From Octopus bimaculoides (taxonomy: Eukaryota): a stretch of DNA of 64,000 bases. Location: assembly GCF_001194135.2 (NCBI RefSeq), contig NC_068982.1, positions 22,496,620 through 22,560,619 on the forward strand, written 5' to 3'. A model generated the notes under the pieces. It was not told the origin of the DNA and did no database searches. It saw only the letters and a program-made list of their open reading frames with translations. The position numbers and the translations under genes are program-made. Positions 1-11,476 of the stretch are shown in pieces (within the stretch, counting starts at the first letter, position 1; each line of letters opens with the position of its first letter).

Positions 1-45
1 TATATATGTATGTATGTATGTTTATATATAGATAGATAGATATAT

Positions 46-347
46 CATCATCATCATCATCGTTTAATGTCCGCTTTCCATGCTAGCATGGGTTGGACGA
101 TTTGACTGAGTATTGGCGAACCAGATGGCTGCACCAGGCTCCAATATGATTTGGCAAGGTTTCTACAACTGGATGCCCTTCCTAACGCCAACCACTCTGA
201 GAGTGTAGTGGGTGCTTTTATGTACCACCAGCATGAGAGCCAGTCAAGCGGTACTGGCAATGGCCACGCTCAAATGGTGCTTTTACGTGCCACCTGCACA
301 GGAGTCAGTCCAGCTTCACTGGCAATGACCTCGCTCGAATGTTTTAT
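46..347 (-). mobile_element. Retroposon 3' end with (GAT)n tail (family D)
   Basis: (cat)n followed by cgtttaatgtccgctttccatgctagcatggg...ggatgcccttcctaacgccaaccactctgagagtgtagtgggtgc; many copies in the window. Confidence 0.8.
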
Positions 348-374
348 GAAGAGAAAGAGATACATAACTAACTC

Positions 375-500
375 ACTAGATAAATAGACAGACAGACAGA
401 CAGACAGATAGAGAGAAAGCGATAGACAGAGATAGAGAGACAGAGTGAGAGACAGACTGACAGACAGGGACAGAGAGAGATGGATACATACATTACATAC
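375..500. repeat. Compound (GACA)/(GATA)/(GA) microsatellite
   Basis: Seen directly. Confidence 0.85.
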
Positions 501-598
501 TTAGATAAATAGATAATCATTGTGACCCAAGAAAATATACACAAACACTTTCACATATACACACATATATAATATAATACATATTTATATACATGTTA

Positions 599-809
599 GG
601 TAGTAAGCTGACAGAATTGTTAGTACACTGGGAAAAAATGCTTGGCAGCATTTCGTCTGTCTTTATGTTCTGAGTTCAAATTCAACTAAGGCCGACTTTG
701 CCTTTCATCTTTTCAGGGTCGATAAAATAACTACTAGTTGAGCACAGGGGTCAATACAATTAACTTAACCCCTCCCCTGAAATTGCCAGCCTTATGCCAA
801 GTTTCAAAC
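599..809 (+). mobile_element. tRNA-derived SINE (family B)
   Basis: Head gtaagctgacagaattgttag...ttctgagttcaaattc and core gactttgcctttcatc...ggtcgataaaataa; homologous copies at 44803, ~45080 and ~47190. Confidence 0.75.
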
Positions 810-1013
810 TGATATATATAAATATGTCTGTATGTGTATTATGATGAGAGTTTTTCAGATTATTAACTACCTTGATCTTTGCTAAAACTCCAATATGCAG
901 TTACTTAGCTAAGAAGGAAGATTAGGTTTAAATTCTGAAAATTTGTCTGAGCTTTTGTAAGAATAAAATACAGACCATGTCTCAAAATAAGTGGTTATAT
1001 TTCCCAATTCCTA

Positions 1014-1075
1014 TACAGTAATCCCTTGGCTATTGCACGTGTTATGTTCCAAAACCTCCCACAGAAATAATTGAA
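1014..1075. mobile_element. Possible Tigger/pogo-like terminal fragment
   Basis: TA followed by cagtaatcccttggctattgcacgtgttatgttccaaaacc; no partner end seen. Confidence 0.25.
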
Positions 1076-1259
1076 ATCTAAAAAAATATAAATACTTATC
1101 AGCTGCAGAAACTGAGAAGTCCACAATATAAATTTACATATATCAGCCAGAAGAATCTGTGATATACTGAGTGTGTGATAGGTGAACTGTGATATGGTAA
1201 GAGATTACTGTATATGTGAAGCCAAGTGACCTGAAGTAACCATGATGTAAAAGATGCCT

Positions 1260-2663
1260 GTGAGGAAGTTTGCCCATGTTCTGCAAAGTGAGGACCAGAA
1301 GCTTGAAGTGCTTCAGATTGCATGAGAGTGTGTCAGAGGAAATTGTGATGTGGCAGGAGAGAAATGTGTTCACTTGAATGATGGCAGTTAATAATTCTGC
1401 ATAGAAGGAGGCTTGGAAGTGCCACTATGAACGGGTGATAAATATAGAGAATCCATGGGAGAAGGAGAGCCTGCCTAATGTAGACTCAACAGAGGGGCCA
1501 GCTATTCGAATCAACAGTAGCTTAGTAGATAAAGCAATTAAGGAAATGAAGACAGAGAAAAGCTCCAGCCCGTCAGGAATCACTGCTGTGTTGCTTAAAA
1601 TATCTAGTGGAGTGGGATATGACTTGGTCACCCATATTGTTCATCAGGTTGTTCATGAAGAAGTCATACCCAATGATTGGTGCAGCAGTATTATAGTCAA
1701 CTGCTACAAAGGCAAAGGTGATGCCTTAGACAGAAATAATCACAGAGGCATCAAATTGCTGGACCAGGAGATAGAAGTTGCAGAAAGAGTCATAGCTCAA
1801 TTAAATAGAAAGTGAGTTAGCATAGATGAGGTGCAGTTTGGTTTTGTGCCAGAGAGAAGCACCACAGATGCTATCTTCCTGGTGAGGTAACTGCAGGAGA
1901 AATACTTGGCCAAAAATAAACCTCTGAATCTGGCTTTTGTTGACATGGAGAAAGCCATTGACAGGGTCCTCAGTCCCCCTTATTTGGGGAGCAATGTGGA
2001 AGCAAGTGATAGATGAGTGGTTAGTGAGAGCTGTACAAGCCATGTACAGGGATGCTGTTAGTAAGGTGAGAGTTGCCAATGAGTATAGCAAGAAGTTTAG
2101 TATACAAGTAGGAGTCTACCAGGGTTCAGTTCTTAGCACCCTCTTATTTATCATGCTATAACTGAGGAATTCAGGACTGGTTGCCATTGAATGCTCCTCT
2201 ATGTTGATGACCTTGTTCTTAATGCTGAATCACTACCAGAATTAGAGAAGAAATTTCATGTATGGGAATATGGACTGGAATCAAAGAGCCGTAGAGTTAA
2301 TTTGTAAGGAAAAAGCAAAACACAAATCCCTTCAGGGAGACGGACCTGCTTAATATGTAGTAAAGGTGTCGGGAGAAACTCCATAAGGTGTACCCAATGT
2401 AAGCTATGGACATACAGGAGATGCAGTGGTATTACAGATGTACAGATGCATTAAACACCAGGAATGTCCAAATATAGACTCCCTTAAATGTCAGGGGGTA
2501 TCATTAGAAGTGGTAGAAGGTTTCTGTTACTCTGGTGACCAAGTTAGCAGTGGGGGAGGTTGTTCCGAAAGCAAAGCAGCAAGAATAAGAATAGGCTGGA
2601 TGAAGTTCAGAGAGCGACCACCTATGTTAGTAACAAAGGGCCTCTCCCTCAGAATGAAAGGCA
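1260..2663 (+). mobile_element. Decayed non-LTR retrotransposon (RTE-like LINE), reverse transcriptase region
   Basis: Frameshifted RT motifs: WCSSIIVNCYKGKGDALDRNNHRGIKLL, QFGFVP..STTDAIF, AFVDMEKA, GVYQGSVLS and LYVDDLVL (~2197-2220). Interrupted at the 3' side by a SINE. Confidence 0.88.
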
Positions 2664-2813
2664 GGTTTCCATCCACTGAATCCATACAAAAACCTTTGGT
2701 CAGCTTGTGGCTATGATAGAAGACACTTGTCCAGGGTGTCATGTGGTGAAACTGAACCCAGAACTGTATGGTTGGGAAGCAAATGTATTACCACACAGCC
2801 ATTCCTGTGCCTA
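2664..2813 (-). mobile_element. SINE family A, 5' half
   Basis: agaagacacttgtccagggtgtc...ttaccacacagccattcctgtgcct is the reverse complement of the family A head. Confidence 0.75.
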
Positions 2814-3383
2814 TAGACATGGACAACCTCTCACACGAAGCAGACTGCATGAGACATGGTTCATCATCTGCAAGGTTGCACAACCAAAAAAGTCAAGATA
2901 ATTTTTCGGCGGGCATGCCATTCAGAAAATCTTACAAATCACAGATTGCTAATGTCTGGTTTATGACATTAAGTCTTAATAGTTCGTTAGTACGTTATGT
3001 GTTTGTCATAACTGTTTCTGGATATGTTCGTGTCATACAGCAGTAGTTGTGCTTAGAGTGCATCTATGTCGATTAGTTTAACTTATGTCGTTTACAGCAA
3101 TTTAATTTTGATTTATTTTTTTATAGGTGTTAATTATTGTTTATTGATTTGGATAAGTATTGATTTTGTTATATATTTAATTAAATTTTTGCATTAAAAT
3201 GCAATTGGGTTATAGGTGGCAACTAATTAATTATGATCCGGATGCGAATTATTAGGTTTGTTTATTGCCAAGCAACAATAGATTATGTGTTTCTAAAACT
3301 GTTTGACCTTGATGGAAGTAGTGATCTTGTTTGCAGGACTTGAAATCCTATTATTCTTTTAGCTGGACTCTTTTGATGATATA

Positions 3384-3577
3384 GGCACAGGAGTGACTGT
3401 GTGGTGAGCAAAGTGAAGAAGTGGCTGTGTGGTAAGTAGCTTGCTTACCAACCATATGGTTCCGAGTTCAGTCCCACTGCGTGGAACCTTGGGCAAGTGT
3501 CTTCTACTATGGTCTCAGGACAACCAAAGCCTTGTGAGTGGATTTGGTAGACGGAAACTGAAAGAAGCCCATTGTAT

Positions 3578-3611
<34 letters not shown>

Positions 3612-3847
3612 TTATGAATATATGTGTGTGTATATGTTTGTGTGTCTGTGTTTGTCCCCCACCGACATCGATTGACAACCGATGCTGGTGCGTTTCCATC
3701 CTTGTAACTTAGTGGTTTGGCAAAAAAGATCGATAGAATAAGTACTAGGCTTACAAAAAATAAGTCCTGGTGTCAATTTGCTTGACTAAAGCTGGTGCTC
3801 CAGCATGGCCAGTCAAAATGACTGAAACAAGTAAAAGAATAAAAGAA
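3384..3847 (+). mobile_element. tRNA-derived SINE (family A), near full length, with duplicated head and internal (CA)n(TA)n
   Basis: A-box-like gtggctgtgtggtaag and B-box-like ggttccgagttcagtccc; body ccttgggcaagtgtcttctac; tail gactgaaacaagtaaaagaataaaag. Repeated elsewhere in the window. Confidence 0.85.
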
Positions 3848-3856
3848 TATATATAT

Positions 3857-4044
3857 CATCATCATCATCATCGTTTCATGTCTGTTGTCCATTCTGGCAT
3901 GGGTTGGATGGTTTGACCAGGACTGGTAAGCTAAGGGGCTGCACCAGACTCTAGTCTGATTTGACATGATTTCTATGACTGGGTGCCCTTCCTAATGCCA
4001 ACCACTCTGAGAGTGTAGTGGGTGCTTTTTACGTGCTACTGGCA
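3857..4044 (-). mobile_element. Family D retroposon 3' end
   Basis: Colinear with 46-230. Confidence 0.8.
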
Positions 4045-4134
4045 ACCTAAGTAAAAGTGTGGTTGTCCTTGCATACAGACTTGCCCACCTGCAACCCTCT
4101 TCTGCTGAGCATCCCTAATCTTGTGGGCCCATAG

Positions 4135-4343
4135 GTGCTGGTGTCACGTAAAAATTACCCATGCCAGTGCTCCTTAAAAGCACCCAGTACACTCTGTAAA
4201 GTGGTTGGTGTTAGGAAGGGCATCCAGTCATAGAAATCATGCCAAAACAAACATGAAGCTTGAAAAGCCCTTCAGCTGGTCAGCTCCTATCAAATCACCC
4301 AACCCATGTCAGCATGGGAAATAGATGTTAAATGATGATGATG
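4135..4343 (+). mobile_element. Family D retroposon 3' end, inverted relative to 3857-4044
   Basis: aaagcacccagtacactct...gttaggaagggcatccagtcatagaaatcatg...gttaaatgatgatgatg. Confidence 0.8.
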
Positions 4344-4352
4344 TGGATGACA

Positions 4353-4430
4353 TACGAGGGGGTGCTGAAAAGTTCCTGGCTTTGGGGAAAAGAAAATACA
4401 GAGGGATCAGTTAATTATGATTTTATTCTC
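4353..4430. mobile_element. Possible Tc1/mariner terminal repeat fragment
   Basis: TA followed by cgagggggtgctgaaaagttcctggc resembles mariner-type termini from memory; I found no partner end. Confidence 0.35.
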
Positions 4431-4882
4431 AAATTCACACCCATATTGCAGCAGAGGATATGACATTGTTCCATTGAACCATTGACTGCTTCTGATAATC
4501 TAGACAACATTTTTTATGCTTATCAATGTTGAAGGAAGACAGGAAAAATTTAGCAATTGTAGCCATCTCATGGTATCCAGTTTTATGGAACTCAAAATGG
4601 ATGTTTTTTTCAATATGGGATTGGTAATGTGGTGATTTAACTCTGTTGTCACATTTGCTGCTGTCACATCCAAAATTATGCTTGCCAGAGCTGGTTTTAC
4701 CTTCATTTTGCAATGCGAACATAATACTAGAAACTGTAATTCTAAAAACAAAACTATTCAGCAGTTTTTATCAACTGGAGGTCCACCATCTGTACTCCAG
4801 CAGGTTTTCTTCTTCGGAAACCAGACAGGTCACAAATTTTAACTTATTTAAAAATAAATATCTGCAAAAGAAGGAAAACAGA

Positions 4883-5040
4883 GGCCTGTATCATGAAGTA
4901 AAAAGGGTAAGGATCCCTTTGGTCATGAAGGACCTCAGGATTGCACATAGATAGTTACCCTCCAAGGCACAAGTCTGAGCAAGGTTATTAACTCATGGTT
5001 GTGAGCCTGATGCTCTAACCACTGAACCATGCGCCTTCAC
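4883..5040 (-). mobile_element. tRNA-headed SINE fragment
   Basis: Minus strand reads gtgaaggcgcatggttcagtggttagagcatcaggctcac, an A-box-like tRNA head. Confidence 0.5.
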
Positions 5041-5085
5041 ATCATGAAGTACAAGGCATGCATAATGTATATGGATACATTTATA

Positions 5086-5137
5086 TTATTTCACCTGTTT
5101 CAGTCTTTTGACTGTGGCCATACTGGAGCACCACCTT
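5086..5137 (-). mobile_element. SINE family A, 3' tail fragment
   Basis: tgtttcagtcttttgactgtggccatactggagcaccacc is nearly identical to 6350-6390. Confidence 0.6.
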
Positions 5138-6337
5138 ATATTAGATAAGAATAGTTCTAAAGTTGCCATTTTGCCAATAGAAAAATATAGTTAAATAAAA
5201 ATTGGTGTTTCTATTTTGTCCAAATCCTGAATATAAAATATATGTGTTGTGTATATGTGGACACTCACCATTACTAACTTTCCTTGATTGGATGGCAATG
5301 TACCATCTACCTTTTTACTTCTTTATCTCAATCAGGAGTTGTTTGTTAGGTGCCTGGTGAGGCTCTGACTCAACTCCTTTTTTTTTTTTGCTGCCTTGAG
5401 GATTTGGAGAAAATAGTAATTCATTGAGCATCAATACCTGCATAATTGGACATGTGGAACAGTGTTCTGCCTGGAGGCAAACATTGGCAGAAACCTTTTT
5501 TTTTTACATGCTGAAAGCTGTCCCTCAGTTACACTCTCACCCCTCCCATCAAGCCTACAATCTTAGAACAGCCATAATCAATACAAGCAATGAAAGGCCT
5601 AGTGAGATTGGTAAAATGTCAGAGCAAAGGTATGTATATCTGTGCTGTGTGCAAGAGGTAATATGGAGGTCAGCTTCAACCAGACTTTTCATTGGCAAAG
5701 CACAAAAGTACAATTTCTTCTGGGTAGGCAATAGTAAAGATTTGGGAGGTATAGGCATACATTTAGCACAGATGTAAGTAGATAAGGTGACTGAGGTAGT
5801 CAGAGTGTGTGATAGAATAATTAGATTTAGACTAGGCTTGGAAAACACAACAGTAGCATTTACCTCTGTATGCTCCTTGATTAGGACTGACAGATAAACA
5901 AAAGGACTGATTTTATGAAGCTCTTTGGCAGATTACTTCAATGACAAATGACAAGAACTTTATTTTTGTGGCTGTTTGGCAGATCTTTGATAAATTCCAT
6001 GGAAGTTACAACTTTGGTTCTAGAAATAAAAAAGGAACAAGGATCTTGGAGTTCTGTTTTGTAAATAGTCTGATGATCTGTAATAGAAACCTCAGGAAAC
6101 CAGCCAGTCACCTGATCATGTATCTGATGGACACACAAGCCAGATTGGCAACAGTTTCACCATAAAACAAGATAGACAGATGATTGTGTACACACGGTCC
6201 TTCTTTGGTGAAGAATGAACAACCTTGTATTGGTTACTGATTAGTGACTTCAAACTTAAAACTAACATGATTCAGACATTCAAACCAGTCTTGAAGAAGA
6301 TATGATCCATTTAACAGTAAAAATTTTAGAAAAATAC

Positions 6338-6708
6338 TACTCTTTTATTTGTTTCAGTCATTTGACTGTGGCCATGCTGGAGCACCGCCTTTAGTCGAGC
6401 AAATCGACCCCAGGACTTATTCTTTGTAATCCTATCGGTCTCTTTTGCCGAACTGCTAAGTTAAAGGGACGTAAACACACCAGCATCAGTTGTCAAGCGA
6501 TGTTGGGGGGGACAAACACAGACACACAAACATATATACACACATATATACGACGGGCTTCCTTCAGTTTCTATCTACCAAATCCACTCACAAGGCTTTG
6601 GTTGGCCCGAGGCTATAGTAGAAGACACTTGCCCAAGGTGCCACGCAGTGGGACTGAACCCGGAACCATGTGGTTGGTAATCAAGCTACTTACCACACAG
6701 AAACTCCT
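6338..6708 (-). mobile_element. tRNA-derived SINE family A, inserted in the LINE
   Basis: Reverse complement aligns by eye with 3420-3847 over its whole length. Confidence 0.88.
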
Positions 6709-7967
6709 ACACAAAGAGGAGGAGATGAGAAACATATAATATGAAAGACCAGAGGAAGTTCATACAAGACAGCCTGAGAGCTATAGCCCTGATGCAAAAT
6801 TCTAGCCAGACCAAGGGTGGCATGATGGTGGAACAGAGATGTAGATGGAGCCATAAAAACAATGAGATATGCTTGAGAAAGTTGGAATAATGGGAGCGGC
6901 AGGCAGAGAGCTGTAATAGGTAGCCAGAAGTGATGTTTGGTCATAGGTTTATTTAGCAAGGGGGATAGCAGAAAGTAACAGATTTGCTTATGTTTTGAAG
7001 TATCAAGTTTTTCCAGACTGAAGTCAATGTACAGAGAAAATTGAGGTGTTATGGGAAAGAAGTGTGCTTAGATGGATAAAGGTACACTTACACTTAGTGA
7101 TTCTAAAAAGAAAGAGGTGTGGAAGTGATATTATGAAAGGCTGTTAAATATGGAGGATACATGAGGAAAAGAAGTTTCCCAACATGGACCCAGTAGAAGG
7201 ACCAACTATCCTACTTGACAGTAGTAATGATTGGGAAAGCAATTAAGGATATGAAGGTAAGGAAAATTCCCAGGCCATTCAAAATTGCTGTTGAGATGCT
7301 TAAAATTTCTGGTAAAGTAGGACATAGCCAAGTAACCCACATAGCTAAATAGATTGTACAGTAATGTGCCACACTTAATAACTGGCATAGCAGTACCATA
7401 ATCAATTATTACAAGAGTAAAGAGATGCCTAAAAAAGAAGAAATTGCAGTAATATCAAATTGCTAGACCAGGTCATGAAAGTTACAGAAAGAGTTATAGT
7501 TTGATTATTTAGAGAGTTAGATTAGAGGAGATGCAGCTCAGTTTCATTTTAGAGAAAAGTACGACAGATGCTTTATTCCTGGTGAGAGCATTGCAGAAGT
7601 ACCTGGTCCTTGTAATGGAGAAAGCTTTTAACTAGGTTGCTTGCTCTGTAGTCTGGTGGTCATTGACAAAGCTAAAGTAAAACAAATGACTTGTTAGAGC
7701 TGAACAAGACATGTGGAGTGTTTCTCTCAATAAGGTTAGAGTCAACAATGAGTACAGTGGCCCATTTTGTGAGTGGTTAGGAGTTCATCAGGGCTCACTT
7801 CTCAGTCCCTTCCTATTCATTTGAGTCCTTCATGCTATAACAAAGGAGTTTAAGACTGGTCGACCATGGAAACTCCTATATGTTGATGATCTTGTTCTCA
7901 TAGCTGAATTGATAATAGAATGGAAATTCTAGGTGAGGAAGCTAAATCTGGAATTAAAGGGCTTTAA

Positions 7968-8186
7968 CCCTTTAGCATTCACATTATTCTGTCAAATGTA
8001 AGGCTTATTTATTCTCATTGTTTTTAATTAATCTGCTTTATCTTATAGTTTTGAAATTTTGATGAGGTAACTGTTAATTTTTAGGATGATATTGTTAGGT
8101 TGGTGTGAGAGGCAAGGCCTGGCCAGTTTGAACATAAAACATGTGGAATATTTTGGTTGGATGTAGCTGGCTTAAATACTAAAGGG
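7968..8186. mobile_element. Short piggyBac-like MITE inserted in the LINE RT region
   Basis: TTAA|ccctttagcatt...aatactaaaggg|TTAA. Removing it restores a KGLKV-like LINE reading. Confidence 0.8.
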
Positions 8187-8665
8187 TTAAAGTGATTATA
8201 GCAAACACCATAGCCTTAGTATATAGGAAAACCCTTCCATCTGGGAAACGTCCTTACTTAATATATAGAAAAGGAGAAGGCTGAAATTCCATATGGTATA
8301 TCTAATGTTAACTATGGACACACAACACATGCAGGCTAACAGATAGATGCACAAATCTATAAACACTAAGAGCATAAGGGCAATAGACTTTCTCAAAGAT
8401 CTAGTTGGATCCCTAGAGGTAGTGGATAGCTTGTTACCAAGGTGACCCAATTAGCTTAGGAAGAGGATGTTCTGAGAGTATAGTTATTAGAATAAGGTTG
8501 TATGGTGCTCGTATACATGGCTGCGGGTCCTGAACACAGAGGGCATGCAAGGATTAGAAAATGATGCAGAGGGCATCATTCTGTTGAATGTGCAATGTAA
8601 GTATGTATGAACAAAGAAGAAATGTGTTGAGAGAAACATTTGACATAAGGGGAATTATATGCAGC

Positions 8666-9047
8666 TTGTTGTTGTTGTTGGCACTCCGTCGCTTACGACG
8701 TCGAGGGTTCCAGTTAATCCAATCAACGGAACAACCTGCTCGTGAAATTAACGTGCAAGTGGCTGAGCACTCCACAGACACATGTATCCTTAATGTAGTT
8801 TTCTGGGATATCCAGCGTGACAAGGCTGACCCCTTGAATTACAGGCACAACAGAAACAGGAAGTAAGAGTGAGAGAAAGTTGAGGTGGAAGAGTACAGCA
8901 GGGTTCGCCACCATCCCCTGCCGGAGCCTCATGGAGCTTTAGGTGTTTTCGCTCAATAAACACTCACAACGCCCGGTCTGGGAATCAAAACCGCGATCCT
9001 ATGACTGCGAATCTGCTGCCCTAACCACTGGGCCATTGCGCCTCCAC
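8666..9047 (-). mobile_element. Full-length tRNA-derived SINE (family C) with (AAC)n tail and 10-bp target-site duplication
   Basis: Minus-strand head tggaggcgcaatggcccagtggttagggcagc with a B-box-like ggttttgattcc; (ttg)n tail at 8666-8680; TSD tatatgcagc at 8656-8665 and 9048-9057. Confidence 0.9.
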
Positions 9048-9776
9048 TATATGCAGCATGCAACAAGGAAGACTATGCTAGTATGGACAGGTTATGCATA
9101 TAGATGAGCATAACTGTATAAAGGAGTGCTCATCACCTAATGTGGATGGAGGCTGTAGAAAAGGGAGACCCAGAAAAACTTGGAACAAAATAGTGAGTGC
9201 AGATCTCTGGTCATTGAACCTTATGGAGATGTCAAAGGACCAGATTAACTGGTGTTAGGCAGTGCTAGAAAAGACTAAACCGTCTTGGTAAATGAGGTTC
9301 CAGAAGCACAATGTATATATATATATATATATATAAATATATATATACACAATGGGGCCTCTTGTTCAAGCTTTCCCCACCACCCATCACCTACTTAACC
9401 TCTGTATTTTGTTGCTGCAACAAAATGTGAGAACAGAACAGCATACTTCATATTTCCCTCAGTGTGCGATTGTTATTTCGTATCTCCTTGTGTCTACACT
9501 TGTGTTTTGTTCGTTGATTGTAAAAAAAAAAAAATTTAAAAAGGCACGTTTTGTTGTCGTTTGTTTCCTCTTGTCCACTTGAGGGGTGTTTGTTTCTTGT
9601 TGTATACATAAGCACGTTTGGAGTGTTTTTTTTGTTTGACTGATTGGAAGATTATTACGTCACTTAGAATAAAAATGGGACGAGGCGATTAGAAGGGTAT
9701 CTGGACATAGTGAGCTCCGACCCATGCAAGCAGCGAAAAAATAGAAGTTAAAACTATGATTCTATACATACATACA

Positions 9777-9811
<35 letters not shown>

Positions 9812-10244
9812 CCCACACATATATATATATATTATTTACACATATTGCATACATAAATATAAATGCATATACACATTATATATATATACATACTGTACAT
9901 ACACCGAGAAAATGTAGTTTTACGTTATTAGAGCCTTAATTTTGTTACTTCCCCCTCAATAAACCTCTCTTACGTTGTTTAATAATCTCCTTTTCTCACT
10001 ACGCAGTCATCAGTCTCTTCTCCTCTTCCTCCTCCTCCCCGCTTTTTCGCTCTCTATCTCTATCTTACTCTCTCATAAACCATTAACAAACCACTTTGTA
10101 ATATCTCTCTCTCTCTCTTTCTTTCTTCGAAACTACTCACTCATCCCACTTTCTCTCTTTCTCTTTTCCTTTTCCTCCCCCTCTTTATAACCTTCCATTT
10201 GTTTCTTCTTCTCCTCTCTGTCTCTTTTTTTTTTCAAAAAATCT

Positions 10245-10300
10245 TTTTCCGGTGTCTACGTCACTTCCGCCGCCATCACCTTAGTAGTCGCCGCCTAGTT
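10245..10300. promoter_or_regulatory. Promoter-like module 1 (ETS-like, CRE-like and YY1-like cores)
   Basis: ttccgg 10247-52, tacgtcac 10257-64, cacttccgcc 10262-71, gccgccat 10269-76. Local CpG cluster preceded by a ~270-bp pyrimidine tract. Confidence 0.6.
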
Positions 10301-10306
10301 TCTACT

Positions 10307-10327
10307 ATGGAGTATCCATTCGACGGG
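10307..10327 (+). CDS. Candidate distal alternative first-exon coding stub MEYPFDG
   Basis: Strong Kozak context (actATGG), donor-like GGG|gtaaca at 10328 in phase 0, compatible with the 15565 exon; directly downstream of an ETS/YY1/CRE-like cluster. No transcript evidence. Confidence 0.35.
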
Positions 10328-11396
10328 GTAACAGATTTTTATTCATTTATCATATCACTTAATCTCACCTCTTTTTCCACCCACTCTGTCTCCTTGCTTA
10401 TACCAATCAATTTAATAATAACGAAATTGTCTTCTATCGCTGTCGATATTTTACTAAAGAAAAGCCTAAACCCGTTCAGCCTCGACATCTACCACCATTA
10501 CAACCGTTCCCAATATACATCCACAGCTAATACGTGTATATAACATGTCTATATATACACACAGCTATCATTTGCCTTGTTGGCAAAATCCATATACTGT
10601 CTTCTTTATTGTAATCAGAGTAAAATCTTTGTAGAAGTGTATATGTAGCAGATACCACAATATACACCTTCTTCTTCTAAAGAAAAAAAAAAAAATGGTG
10701 AACAGTTTAATACTAACAACCTTTAAAATTTGAATAATTCTCCATATGAAGGAAACCTATTGGTTTTAGCACTTCATATCTTTTGTTGCTGATATATAGT
10801 TATTTAATGTGAATTCTAGGTTATATATATGTGTGTATATATATGTATATATATTTATATGTGTGTATATAATAATATTAGGGACAAAATCCAAAATTAC
10901 TTGTAAAAACTCAATTAAAATCAATTTATATATGTGTGTATATATATATATATGTATAAGCACATCTTGATATATAAGGTTCTTAGAATTTCGGGAATCC
11001 AGTTGATTCCTTACAACAAAGTAATTTAGTCTAAAGAGAAAAATTAATGTACACTCAACTAAAATTCTATATTGCCAACTCAACAGCTTCTACTAACATA
11101 AATTTTGAAAATATTTGTTCGTTCTATGTCATGCCTACATTTTGATATTGCCGTCTCGTTAATTTAAAAAACCCTGCTTGCTCTTTACGATTTTATGAAA
11201 TAAATTTTACATTTTTACTTCACTTTATTCACTGTGTGTGTATGTGTACCTAAGGGCGCATTTGATGTATATATATATATATTTATAACATTCTTTTAAG
11301 ATTGAATTGAGTCTGGAACTAACGTTATTCAGTTAATAAATGTATTCCTTATGCAACAATACAGTTTGTAAAGTCCATATAAAGTTTGCTGGCAAA

Positions 11397-11476
11397 GGTA
11401 AAGAATACGTACACCACCCGTTTTCGGTTTAACAAAAGGCCCTAACCCTAAACACCGGGTGTACGTATTCTTTACC
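11397..11476. repeat. Perfect 19-bp inverted repeat with a 42-nt spacer
   Basis: ggtaaagaatacgtacacc (11397-415) and ggtgtacgtattctttacc (11458-476); the spacer contains ccctaaccctaa. Confidence 0.9.

Larger units (their letters stand above)
5560..9310 (+). mobile_element. Second, more decayed RTE-like LINE (APE endonuclease, linker and RT) carrying three nested insertions
   Basis: Endonuclease-like FHGSYNFGSRNKKGTRILEFC..NSLMICN (5941 ORF). RT region parallels the copy at 1260-2663, including tatgttgatgatcttgttctc (YVDDLVL, ~7878). C-terminal R.CWYG.VM.M-like segment after 9058. Confidence 0.8.

Noticed and set aside
10307-10327. MEYPFD resembles the N-terminus of alpha-tubulin acetyltransferase ATAT1 (MEFPFD)
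   Set aside because: Only six residues match, the reading diverges immediately, and I found no further ATAT1-like exons downstream.
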